NCBI RefSeq assembly: GCF_046297895.1
Contig: NZ_JBKBHC010000009.1
Coordinates: forward strand, 118,643 to 182,642
Length of the DNA: 64,000 nucleotides
Origin: Ferrovibrio sp.
GTDB lineage: Bacteria > Pseudomonadota > Alphaproteobacteria > Ferrovibrionales > Ferrovibrionaceae
Direction of reading: 5' to 3'
In this document: positions 55,338 to 64,000 of the stretch, in pieces
Numbering within the stretch: position 1 is the stretch's first letter
How the letters are laid out: the number at the start of each line of letters is the position of its first letter
Notes under the pieces: generated by a model
Told to the model about the DNA's origin: nothing
The model's input: only the letters and a program-made list of their open reading frames with translations
The model's database searches: none
Position numbers and translations under genes: made by a program

Positions 55338-56891
55338 TCAGGCTCCCGCCATGCCGGCCCAGGGCTGGGCGATCTCGGTCATGCCGACGCGGTTGCCGTC
55401 GGACTCGATCATCACCGCCGAGGGGCAGGCGTAGGCCAGAGGGAACGGATCGCGCCGCTTCTCGCCCGCCTTGGGAAAGCGCGCCCGCACCGCCGCACGG
55501 GTAGCCTCGTCCAGCAGCGGATCGCAGAAGGGCTGTCCCGGGATGCTGGCATCGATGCGCGGCTGGTGGAAGGCATCCGCCAGCGGCATGCGATAATCGA
55601 TCAGGAAGGATAGCAACTGCATCACAGCCGGCATGATGCGCCGACCGCCCGAGGCGCCGATGGCCAGCCAGGGTTCGTCGCCATCCAGCACCAGCGTGGG
55701 CAGCATATTGGACAACGGACGCTTCGCTGGCCCCAGCGAGTTGGGACGGCCCGGGCGCGGGTCAAACCACATGATGCCGTTATTCATCAACACGCCGCTT
55801 TCAGGCAGCATAACTCGACTGCCGAACAGCGACAGCAGGGTCTGGGTCAGGGCCACCATGTTGCCCTCACCGTCGATCACGCAGAAATGCGTGGTGCAGC
55901 TCTTGCCATTGTCATCCCCCATACCGGCCAGGCGCTTTTCATAGGATGCCGTCAGGCCTTCGGCATAGGCGACGAAACTCTGCGGCGAAAGGACGCCCCC
56001 TGTCAGTTTCGGCGCCGCGACCTCGAGCGCGTCGCACAAGCTGGGCCCGGCGGTGAGTCCAGGCGGCAACAGCAGGGTCTTGTCGCCATGGGTATAGCGC
56101 AACGGCTCGACCAGACGGGCGCGATAACCAGCCAGATCACTTGCGGCGATCTTCGAACCGCCGGCCTGCAGGTCGCGCACCAGCTTGGCGGCCAGTTCGC
56201 CCTCGTAATAGTCCCGCGCGCCGGCGGCGCTCAGCCTCTGCAGACTGGCCAGAAGCGCCTCGTTCTTCAGCCGAGGTGCCACGCCGGCCCAGTCGGCCGA
56301 AGGGGGCAGGCCATCGGGCAGGAACATCGCGCGCGAGGCCGGGAATCTGGCGAGGTCCTTGGCTGCCGAGGTCACGACCATGGACAGGAACCAGTCCACC
56401 TCGATACCCTCGCGGGCAACCTCGATGGCCGGCCCCAGGCTCTGCTGCCAATTGCGCGTACCGAAGCTCTCCAGCGCCAGCCTCATGCCCTCGGGCTGCC
56501 CAGGCACGGCTATGGAGGGATAACCGAGGATGTTACGGTCGTCGACCACCAGCGGCCAGCCGAACAGGTCGCCGCCCACACCCTCGGCCAGCGGATAATC
56601 GGCCGGATGCAACGCGGCAGCACTGATCATGCCGTAATCGATGACATGGGCCTTTTTCCGCTTCGCATCCCACACCACCATAAAGCCGCCGCCGCCGATG
56701 CCGCTCATCCACGGTTCGAGAACGGCGAGTGAGAAAGCGGTGGCGACCGCCGCATCGATGGCGTTGCCGCCGCTGCGCAGCACCGAGGCGCCGATATCAG
56801 CAGCCTTCTGGTTCTGGGCGGCAACGACGCCGCCTTTGCTGCGCACCGGTTCCTTGCTGTACCGCAGGGAGCGGCTGAGATTCTGTGACAT
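55338..56891 (-). CDS. Gamma-glutamyltransferase-family Ntn hydrolase
   Basis: GGNAIDAAVA, EPWMSGIGGGGF, VPGQPEG, TTHFCVID nucleophile, PGRPNSLGPAKRPLS, ASGGRRI. Confidence 0.88.
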   Translation of the reverse strand: MSQNLSRSLRYSKEPVRSKGGVVAAQNQKAADIGASVLRSGGNAIDAAVATAFSLAVLEPWMSGIGGGGFMVVWDAKRKKAHVIDYGMISAAALHPADYPLAEGVGGDLFGWPLVVDDRNILGYPSIAVPGQPEGMRLALESFGTRNWQQSLGPAIEVAREGIEVDWFLSMVVTSAAKDLARFPASRAMFLPDGLPPSADWAGVAPRLKNEALLASLQRLSAAGARDYYEGELAAKLVRDLQAGGSKIAASDLAGYRARLVEPLRYTHGDKTLLLPPGLTAGPSLCDALEVAAPKLTGGVLSPQSFVAYAEGLTASYEKRLAGMGDDNGKSCTTHFCVIDGEGNMVALTQTLLSLFGSRVMLPESGVLMNNGIMWFDPRPGRPNSLGPAKRPLSNMLPTLVLDGDEPWLAIGASGGRRIMPAVMQLLSFLIDYRMPLADAFHQPRIDASIPGQPFCDPLLDEATRAAVRARFPKAGEKRRDPFPLAYACPSAVMIESDGNRVGMTEIAQPWAGMAGA

Positions 56892-56910
56892 GGGAATCCT
56901 CTTTCTTCTG

Positions 56911-58377
56911 TTATCCGGCGGCGAAGGGATCGGCGACGCGGGGCCAATAAGGCCCCCGTACCTTCTGGAAGGGGATATCGGCAAAATCCGAGCGCATCGC
57001 GCCAGGAGCCTGCACATGCAGGATCTCTCCCGCCATCGGCGCGAAGCCGGCATAGAAATGCTGGGTCGACTTCACGACGATGATCGCCTTGGACGCAATA
57101 TCGATGCCGAACTGGGCGAAAGCATCGGGGTGGAAGGTCTGCGTTCGGTTGGAGATCAGTACCAGGTCGCGCTCGCCCTGGGTCTGAACCCAGACGGCAT
57201 CCCCGATCGGCACCGCGCCACTCAGGGCCGGCTGCATGCCATCGCGGATGATTTTCTTGACCGTCACGACAAGGTCGAGCGGATCTCCGGAGGCCGGACC
57301 ACATTTTCCGCCCATGCGCAGGTCGAAACTGGCGCCCTCGCCGGCATCGCAGCAGAAACGCACCGCCATCGGATCCCAGTAGAGGCCCGAGGCGACGCCG
57401 CGAATGTCGCGCTCGATGATGCGCCGCAGAATGAACGTGGCATCGCCAGCAGCGCCCCCGCCCGGATTGTCGGTGACATCCGCCAGCACGACGGGGCGTC
57501 TTGCGGTGGCGGCCGTCGCCCGGTCGAGCGCCTCGTCTATGCTCAGATTCCGCGTGGCCGTCTGGTCGCGCATGTCCCATATGCGCCGGCCGAGCCGTTC
57601 GGCTACCGCCTGAGCCTTGGCGACATCGCCGTTGGCGACCACCACCATCTTCGCGGTGGCATCGGGAACATCCTGCATGGGAAAACCATGCGCGAACGAG
57701 ACGGACAGGATGCCATCCTTGCCCTCGCAGGCCTGCATTTCGCGCACGAAAGAGGCCATCGGCTCTACTGGCGTGCGCCAAAGATTGATCATGCGGGTGT
57801 CGTATACCGCCATCACCGGCTGCGCAGCGCCCTGCAGCTTGGCCAGCAGGATATCGTAGAGTTCCCGGGCGCGTTCCTTGCTGTCGACATGCGGGTATTC
57901 CTTGAAGGTGATCAGCGCATCGGCGCTGACCAGCATCTTCTCGGTGATCGAGCAATGCAGATCGAGCTCGGCGCCCACCGCCGCCATTGGTCCGACAATG
58001 GTTCGTATCTTTTCCAGCAGGTCGCCTTCGCAATCGTCATAGCCATCGGCCACCATGGCGCCGTGCAGGCTGAGTAGCACCATGTCGACCGGCATGGCCG
58101 CCTTCAGGTCGGCCAGTATTTCCTCGCGGAAACCTTCATAAACCTTCCGCACCGTTATGCCTGCCGGCTGGGCGAAAGCCGACAGACTCTCTACCACTTC
58201 TGCCTGTTGCGCCTCGGCAGCGCGACGCCAGACATGCAACGGCGCCGAAAACAGGTTCTCCGGCCGCCGGGTGGCATCGCCGCGGTACAGCATCCATTCC
58301 CTGAAGCCCTGCTCGCCTGTGGGCAGGGGTGAGAAAGTGTTGGTTTCCGTTCCCAGGCAGGCAATGAAGACTTTCAT
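56911..58377 (-). CDS. M81-family metallopeptidase (MlrC-like)
   Basis: ETNTFSP, LSLHGAMV, ELDLHC, YPHVD, ADVTDNPGGG, VVKSTQHF. Confidence 0.88.
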   Translation of the reverse strand: MKVFIACLGTETNTFSPLPTGEQGFREWMLYRGDATRRPENLFSAPLHVWRRAAEAQQAEVVESLSAFAQPAGITVRKVYEGFREEILADLKAAMPVDMVLLSLHGAMVADGYDDCEGDLLEKIRTIVGPMAAVGAELDLHCSITEKMLVSADALITFKEYPHVDSKERARELYDILLAKLQGAAQPVMAVYDTRMINLWRTPVEPMASFVREMQACEGKDGILSVSFAHGFPMQDVPDATAKMVVVANGDVAKAQAVAERLGRRIWDMRDQTATRNLSIDEALDRATAATARRPVVLADVTDNPGGGAAGDATFILRRIIERDIRGVASGLYWDPMAVRFCCDAGEGASFDLRMGGKCGPASGDPLDLVVTVKKIIRDGMQPALSGAVPIGDAVWVQTQGERDLVLISNRTQTFHPDAFAQFGIDIASKAIIVVKSTQHFYAGFAPMAGEILHVQAPGAMRSDFADIPFQKVRGPYWPRVADPFAAG

Positions 58378-58544
58378 CGGCGGCAACGGCCGGCGGCCGC
58401 CTCCCGTTCTGGCGTTCCACGGTATGTGACGGATTTCGGCATGAACCAATGTCTCCCGGTTATATGAGGAACGCCACGCCAACGGGCATGCTGCACAGCG
58501 AAATGGCAGCCGTCCGTCGGTCTACGGAATCAGTAAAGACCCGC

Positions 58545-58563
58545 TTGACCTCCGTATGCATAC
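58545..58563 (+). promoter_or_regulatory. Candidate GntR-type operator next to a TTGACC -35 box in the divergent region
   Basis: Perfect palindrome GTATGCATAC at 58554-58563; TTGACC at 58545-58550. Confidence 0.45.
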
Positions 58564-58610
58564 CATGATCAGCTTTCGTTAGAGGTCGAACAAATACAAG
58601 GGGGAGTGCC

Positions 58611-60215
58611 ATGCGTTCACGTCATTTTCGTTATCTCGTCTCCGCGATCGGTCTGAGCATCGGGCTCGGCCTGCTGGCCGGCGCCGCCCCCGAGGCGGTC
58701 GCTCAGGACAACAAGAAGGTATTGCGCTTCATCCCGCATGCGGGCCTGCGCATCACCGACCCGATCCTGACCACGGCCTTCATGTCGCGCAACCACGGCT
58801 ACATGATCTACGACACGCTGTTCAGCGTGGACGACAAGATGCAGGTCAAGCCGCAGATGGTGGAAAAGTACGAGATCAGCGGCGACAAGCTGACCTACAC
58901 CTTCACCCTGCGCGACGGCCTCAAGTTCCATGACGGCGCCCCCGTCACCTCGGCTGACGTCATCACATCGCTGGCGCGCTGGGGCAAAAACGACACCATG
59001 GGCCAGAAGCTGTTCTCCTATACCAAGGAGTGGAAGGAGGTCGACGCCAAGACCTTCCAGCTCATCCTGAAGGAACCCTACGGCCTGGTCCTCGATTCGC
59101 TGGGCAAGCCCAGCTCGAACGTACCCTTCATCATGCCGAAGCGCATTGCCGAGACCCCGGCAACCACAAACGTGCCGGAAGAAATCGGCTCGGGCCCCTA
59201 TCGCTTCGTCAAGGCCGAATTCCAGCCTGGCGTAAAGGTGGTTTACGAGAAGAACACCGATTACAAGCCGCGCAGCGAGGCCCCCAGCTTCACCAGCGGC
59301 GGCAAGGTGGTAAAGGTCGACCGGGTGGAGTGGCTGACCATTGCCGACCCGCAGACGGCGATGAACGCCCTGATCAAGGGTGAGGTCGACATCTGGGAAC
59401 AGCCGGCCTTCGATCTGCTGCCCGAATTGAAAAAGCAGAAGGACATCGAGATCCGCAACCTGCAGCCGCTGGGCATGAACTACATGCTGCGCATGAACTG
59501 GCTGCAGCCGCCGCTGGATAACGTGAAGGTGCGCCAGGCCATCCTGCATGCCATCCAGCAGGAGGATTATCTGGCCGCGCAGGTCGGCGATCCCGACTAT
59601 TACAAGGTCTGCGGCGCGATCTTCGGCTGCTCGACCCCGCTGGCCAGCGAAGAAGGCGCCGTCGGCACCAAGAAGGCCGATGTAGCCAAGGCCAAGAAGA
59701 TGCTGGCGGAAAGCGGCTATAAGGGCGAGAAGATCGTCATCATGGCGCCGACCGACCTGAACAGCATCAACCAGCTGCCGCTGGTTTCGGCTCCGCTGCT
59801 GCGCGCCATCGGTATGAACATCGAAGTGCAGTCGATGGACTGGCAGACCCTGGTGGGCCGCCGCGCCAAGATGGACCCGATCGATCAGGGTGGCTGGCAC
59901 ATCTTCCACACTGCCTGGGGCACGGCCGACATGATGAACCCGATCGCCAATTCCGGCGTGAAGGGTTTGGGTAAGCAGGGCGGCTTCTTTGGCTGGACCG
60001 AAGATCCGGTGATCGAAAAGCTGCGTGACGACTATGCCCGCGAGACCGATGCTGCCAAGCAGAAGGCCATCGCCATCGCCGTGCAGAAGCGGCTCTACGA
60101 AATGGTGCATTACATTCCGCTGGGCGAATACTTCCAGCCCTCCGCCATTCGCAAGAATGTCAAGGGCAACCTGCCCAGCCCGGCTTATGTCCTGTGGAAT
60201 GTCGAAAAAGAGTGA
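58611..60215 (+). CDS. Peptide/nickel ABC transporter substrate-binding protein (family 5)
   Basis: IYDTLF, YTFTLRDGLKFHDG, IGSGPYRF, VDRVEW; signal peptide. Confidence 0.92.
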   Translation: MRSRHFRYLVSAIGLSIGLGLLAGAAPEAVAQDNKKVLRFIPHAGLRITDPILTTAFMSRNHGYMIYDTLFSVDDKMQVKPQMVEKYEISGDKLTYTFTLRDGLKFHDGAPVTSADVITSLARWGKNDTMGQKLFSYTKEWKEVDAKTFQLILKEPYGLVLDSLGKPSSNVPFIMPKRIAETPATTNVPEEIGSGPYRFVKAEFQPGVKVVYEKNTDYKPRSEAPSFTSGGKVVKVDRVEWLTIADPQTAMNALIKGEVDIWEQPAFDLLPELKKQKDIEIRNLQPLGMNYMLRMNWLQPPLDNVKVRQAILHAIQQEDYLAAQVGDPDYYKVCGAIFGCSTPLASEEGAVGTKKADVAKAKKMLAESGYKGEKIVIMAPTDLNSINQLPLVSAPLLRAIGMNIEVQSMDWQTLVGRRAKMDPIDQGGWHIFHTAWGTADMMNPIANSGVKGLGKQGGFFGWTEDPVIEKLRDDYARETDAAKQKAIAIAVQKRLYEMVHYIPLGEYFQPSAIRKNVKGNLPSPAYVLWNVEKE

Positions 60216-60255
60216 GCGAGACGCATCTGGCATGATCGTTGCGTAAAATATTTCC

Positions 60256-61197
60256 ATGCTGCGTCTCATTCTTTCGCGTCTGCTGGCCGCCATCCCCGTC
60301 ATGGGGGTGGTGGCCATTTTCGTTTTCCTGCTGCTGCGCCTGAGCCCGGGCGATCCCGCAGCGATTCTGGCCGGCGACACCGCCACGCCCGAGACCATCG
60401 CCGCGATCCGGGCGGATCTTGGCCTGGACCGGCCGATCCTGGAGCAGTTCGTCACCTGGATCGGGCAGTTGCTGCAGGGCGACCTGGGCAAATCGGTGCT
60501 CTCTAAACAGCCTGTGACGATGATGATCGGGCAGCGCGTCGAGCCGACCATGTCGCTGGCGCTGACCACGCTGTTCTTTGCCATCATGGTTGCCGTGCCG
60601 ATGGGGATATTGGCGGCCTGGAAGCACGGCAGCTGGTTCGACCGCGGCATCATGGCCCTCTCGGTGGCCGGCTTTTCGATTCCGGTCTTCGTGCTCGGTT
60701 ATCTTGTGGTCTTCTTCTTCTCGATGAAGCTCGACCTGTTCCCCGCCCAAGGTTTCGCCTCCATCAGCGAAGGCCTGCCAGCCTTCCTGGAGCGGATCGC
60801 CCTGCCCACCTTCACGCTCAGTTTCATCTACATCGCCCTGTTCGCCCGCATCACGCGCGCCGCGATGCTGGAGGTCCTGAACGAGGACTACATCCGCACG
60901 GCCCATGCCAAGGGCCTGAAGGAGCATGTGGTGCTGGTCAAGCATGCCCTGCGCAATGCCGCGATCCCGATCGTTTCGGTGATCGGCATCGGCTTCGCCC
61001 TGCTGATCGGCGGCGTGGTGATCACCGAAACCGTGTTTAACATCCCCGGCATCGGCCGCCTGGTGGTGGACGCTGTGCTGGGCAGGGACTATCCGATCAT
61101 ACAGGGCGTGATCCTGGTATTTTCCGGCGTGTATGTCCTGATCAACCTGGCGATCGACATCGCCTATGTGCTGCTCGACCCCAGGATTCGATACTGA
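60256..61197 (+). CDS. Peptide ABC transporter permease (DppB-like)
   Basis: PGDPA, GDLGKS, EDYIRTAHAKGL, HALRNA, ETVFNIPGIG, LLDPRIRY. Confidence 0.92.
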   Translation: MLRLILSRLLAAIPVMGVVAIFVFLLLRLSPGDPAAILAGDTATPETIAAIRADLGLDRPILEQFVTWIGQLLQGDLGKSVLSKQPVTMMIGQRVEPTMSLALTTLFFAIMVAVPMGILAAWKHGSWFDRGIMALSVAGFSIPVFVLGYLVVFFFSMKLDLFPAQGFASISEGLPAFLERIALPTFTLSFIYIALFARITRAAMLEVLNEDYIRTAHAKGLKEHVVLVKHALRNAAIPIVSVIGIGFALLIGGVVITETVFNIPGIGRLVVDAVLGRDYPIIQGVILVFSGVYVLINLAIDIAYVLLDPRIRY

Positions 61198-61199
61198 CC

Positions 61200-62042
61200 A
61201 TGCGGCAAGTCTTCCGTCATGCGGCCTTCCGCAATCCTTCCGTATTGATCGGTGGCGGCATCCTGCTCCTTCTGCTGGCGATCGCCCTGCTCGCACCGCT
61301 GCTCACCCAGTTCGATCCCGGCCAGATCGCGCCGCGCTTCCGGCTCAGGCCGCCGTCGGACGATTTCCTGATGGGGACCGACATGCTGGGCCGCGATGTG
61401 TGGACCCGCGTGGTGCATGGCGCCCAGATTTCCCTGCTGGTCAGCGCCTGCGTTTCCACCATCGCCATATCGATCGGCCTTACGATCGGCCTGGTCGCCG
61501 GCTATATCCGCTGGCTGGACGGCCCGATGATGCGCACGATGGATGGCGTAATGGCAATTCCCGGTATCCTGCTGGCCATTGCGCTGGTTTCGCTCTCAGG
61601 CGCTTCCCTGTTGACGGTGATCGTCGCGATCGTCATTCCGGAAATCCCGCGTGTGGCCCGCCTGGTACGCGGCGTGGTGCTTTCGATCCGCGAGGAGCCC
61701 TATGTCGAGGCCGCCGTTGGCCTGGGCACGCCGACCTTCAAGATCCTGATCATGCATATCCTGCCCAATACCATCGCACCGTTAATCGTGCAGGGCACAT
61801 ATATTTCCGCCTCGGCCATCCTGGTGGAGGCGATCCTGAGCTTCCTCGGCGCCGGCCTCCCGCCGGAAATCCCGACCTGGGGCAACATCATCGCCGAGGG
61901 TCGCGCCGTGTTCCAGCGCGCCCCGTGGATCATCCTGTTTCCAGGCGGCTTCCTCGCCGTCACCATCCTGGCGGTCAACATCCTGGGCGACGGCCTGCGC
62001 GACACGCTCGATCCTCGCATGAAGAAACGGCTGGGGGCCTGA
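61200..62042 (+). CDS. Peptide ABC transporter permease (DppC-like)
   Basis: MGTDMLGRD, HILPNT, LSFLGAG, WGNII, LGDGLRDTLDP. Confidence 0.92.
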   Translation: MRQVFRHAAFRNPSVLIGGGILLLLLAIALLAPLLTQFDPGQIAPRFRLRPPSDDFLMGTDMLGRDVWTRVVHGAQISLLVSACVSTIAISIGLTIGLVAGYIRWLDGPMMRTMDGVMAIPGILLAIALVSLSGASLLTVIVAIVIPEIPRVARLVRGVVLSIREEPYVEAAVGLGTPTFKILIMHILPNTIAPLIVQGTYISASAILVEAILSFLGAGLPPEIPTWGNIIAEGRAVFQRAPWIILFPGGFLAVTILAVNILGDGLRDTLDPRMKKRLGA

Positions 62043-62044
62043 GC

Positions 62045-63679
62045 ATGTCCGAGACCAAGAGCGCCCCGGTCCTCAGCGTCAAGAACCTGTCGGTTGCCCT
62101 GCCCAAGGGCGGCGATCGCAGCCTGGCCGTGCAGAATGTCAGCTTCGATGTGATGCCGGGTGAAATCGTCTGCCTGGTGGGCGAATCCGGCTCCGGCAAA
62201 TCGGTCACCGCCAGCACGGTGATGGGCCTGGGCAGCCTGCCCATCGTGAATGGCGAAGTGCGGCTGGAAGGCGAGGACCTGCGGCAAGCCAGCAAGGCGC
62301 GTCTGCGCAGTCTGCGCGGCAGCCGCATGTCGATGATCTTCCAGGAACCGATGACCGCCCTCAACCCCGTGCATCGGGTAGGCGAGCAGGTCGCCGAGCT
62401 GATGCGCGCCCATGGCTGGGACTCCAACAGCCAGGGCCGCGGCCTGAGCGTGGAGGAACGTGTCGAACAGCTTTTCGGCGACGTGCACCTGCCCGACCCC
62501 AAGCGCCTGATCCAGGCCTATCCGCACCAGCTTTCGGGTGGTCAGCGCCAGCGCGTGATGATTGCCATGGCACTGGCGCTGGAACCCGCCCTGCTGATTG
62601 CCGACGAACCGACCACGGCACTGGACGTCACCACCCAGGCCCAGATCCTGACCCTGCTGCGCGAATTGCAGCAGAAACGCGGCACCGGAGTGCTGTTCAT
62701 CACCCACGATTTCGGCGTGGTGGCCGATATCGCCGACCGCGTGGTGGTGATGCGCTATGGTGAGGTGGTCGAAAGCGGACGGGCACAGGATGTGCTCTAT
62801 AATCCCCAGCATGATTACACCAAAATGCTGATCAGGGCGGTGCCGCGACTTACCCCGCGACAGGCTACGCCGATCTCCGGCGCCCCTCTGCTGCATGCCG
62901 AGAACCTCACCAAGACCTATGTCACGGCCAGCATGTTCAAAGGCACCCGCGTGGTGCATGCCGTGGCTGGCGTGACGCTGGACCTGCACAAGGGCCAGAC
63001 GCTGGGCATTGTGGGCGAATCCGGCTCGGGCAAATCGACGGCCGCGCGATGCATCGCCCGCCTGATCGAACCGAGCGGCGGCAGCATCATGCTGGATGGC
63101 AAGGATATTGCCGGACTGAAGGAACGCGGCCTGCATCCCTTCCGTCGCCGCATCCAGGTGGTTTTCCAGGACCCCTACCGTTCACTCAACCCGCGCCGCA
63201 CCGTCGGCCAGTCGATCATCGAAGGGCCGCTGAATTACGGGATTTCGCGCGAACAGGCTCTGGAGCGTGCCCGCAGCCTGATGCAGACGGTCGGGCTGGA
63301 CGGCGCCGCGCTCGACCGCTATCCGCATCAGTTCTCTGGCGGCCAGCGCCAGCGCATTGCCATCGCCCGCGCGCTGGCCATGGAGCCGGAAATCCTGGTC
63401 GCCGACGAGGCCGTCTCCGCACTCGACGTTTCGGTGCAGGCCCAGGTGCTCGATCTGCTGGAAAGCATCCGCGACCAGTTCGGCATCGCCATCCTGTTCA
63501 TCACCCATGATCTGCGCGTGGCCGCCCGGCTATGCGACCGCATCGCGGTGATGCAGCAGGGCAAGGTGGTGGAATTTGCCGAGACGGCGAAGCTGTTCGC
63601 CAGCCCGCAGCACGAATACACGCAGCAGCTTTTTGCCGCCCTGCCGGGGCGGCACTGGCTGGAGGCCGCCGCCACCTGA
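62045..63679 (+). CDS. Fused dual-domain peptide ABC transporter ATP-binding protein
   Basis: Two GESGSGKS P-loops and two YPHQ(L/F)SGGQRQR signatures in one ORF. Confidence 0.93.
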   Translation: MSETKSAPVLSVKNLSVALPKGGDRSLAVQNVSFDVMPGEIVCLVGESGSGKSVTASTVMGLGSLPIVNGEVRLEGEDLRQASKARLRSLRGSRMSMIFQEPMTALNPVHRVGEQVAELMRAHGWDSNSQGRGLSVEERVEQLFGDVHLPDPKRLIQAYPHQLSGGQRQRVMIAMALALEPALLIADEPTTALDVTTQAQILTLLRELQQKRGTGVLFITHDFGVVADIADRVVVMRYGEVVESGRAQDVLYNPQHDYTKMLIRAVPRLTPRQATPISGAPLLHAENLTKTYVTASMFKGTRVVHAVAGVTLDLHKGQTLGIVGESGSGKSTAARCIARLIEPSGGSIMLDGKDIAGLKERGLHPFRRRIQVVFQDPYRSLNPRRTVGQSIIEGPLNYGISREQALERARSLMQTVGLDGAALDRYPHQFSGGQRQRIAIARALAMEPEILVADEAVSALDVSVQAQVLDLLESIRDQFGIAILFITHDLRVAARLCDRIAVMQQGKVVEFAETAKLFASPQHEYTQQLFAALPGRHWLEAAAT

Positions 63680-63715
63680 ACCTGTCGGCACTGGCGGGGC
63701 GGAAGGAGGAACGCG

Positions 63716-64000
63716 ATGTCGGCAACCCTGGACGCACCTGCAAGCCAGACGCAGATCGAGGCCGCTGTCGCCGCCTTGCGCGACGATGCCGTCAGCCTGC
63801 TTTGCGATCTCGTCCGCGAGCCCTCCCTGCTGGGACAGGAGCGCAGCGCGCAGGACCGCATGCGCGAGGTCTTCGCCGGAATGGGCCTTCGGGTCGACGA
63901 ATTCGCCATCGATGAGGCGAAGATCAGGGATCACCCGGGCTATTCACCCTCCATCGTTTCCTATGACGGTCGCCATAACATTGTCGGCATCCATGAACCG
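63716..64000 (+). CDS. ArgE/DapE-family (M20) deacylase, N-terminal part (runs off the right edge)
   Basis: Manual translation MSATLDAP...SLLCDLVREPSLLGQERSAQ...HPGYSPSIVSYDGRHNIVGIHEP; AGGAGG RBS upstream. Confidence 0.7.
   Translation, partial: MSATLDAPASQTQIEAAVAALRDDAVSLLCDLVREPSLLGQERSAQDRMREVFAGMGLRVDEFAIDEAKIRDHPGYSPSIVSYDGRHNIVGIHEP

Noticed and set aside
56911-58377. Microcystin-degradation mlr cluster
   Set aside because: No MlrA, MlrB or MlrD-like genes are recognisable; M81 peptidases are widespread outside mlr clusters

Overview
This 64-kb window comes from a GC-rich alphaproteobacterial chromosome: the F1 atpHAGDC operon is separate from the F0 genes and there is a sigma54-type urea locus. 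I found no rRNA, tRNA, CRISPR array, transposase or integrase. From left to right it holds: (1) the 3' end of thiC coupled to bluB; (2) atpHAGDC; (3) an orphan flagellin-like gene that appears to lack its polymerisation termini, and an AraC regulator; (4) eda, DUF1272 and glpK; (5) a urea uptake/urease locus, ureD | sigma54 promoter | urtABCDE-ureABC-ureEFG, with a 21-residue insertion in UreC and a duplicated periplasmic module in UrtB; (6) a cassette with an inverse-autotransporter-like gene and a catalytically dead RmlC-like cupin, with one copy of a ~97-bp direct repeat upstream of the autotransporter gene and the other inside the cupin gene; (7) a TetR-linked TctCBA + epimerase/enolase/Gfo-Idh-MocA/DUF993-like/isomerase cluster, probably for an unknown sugar acid; (8) a LysR-linked hydro-lyase/TRAP/DUF2848/pxpBCA cluster; (9) RpiR + class III aminotransferase + beta-keto acid cleavage enzyme; (10) D-amino acid dehydrogenase, LysR, a TAXI TRAP transporter and queC, convergent with a VUT-family transporter; (11) a divergent locus with a GGT-like amidohydrolase that has lost its glutamyl-binding residues, an M81 peptidase, a peptide ABC transporter and an M20 deacylase. 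Three pairs of near-identical palindromic operators can be read directly from the sequence and outline local regulons. All family assignments come from motif recognition by eye; no database search was run.
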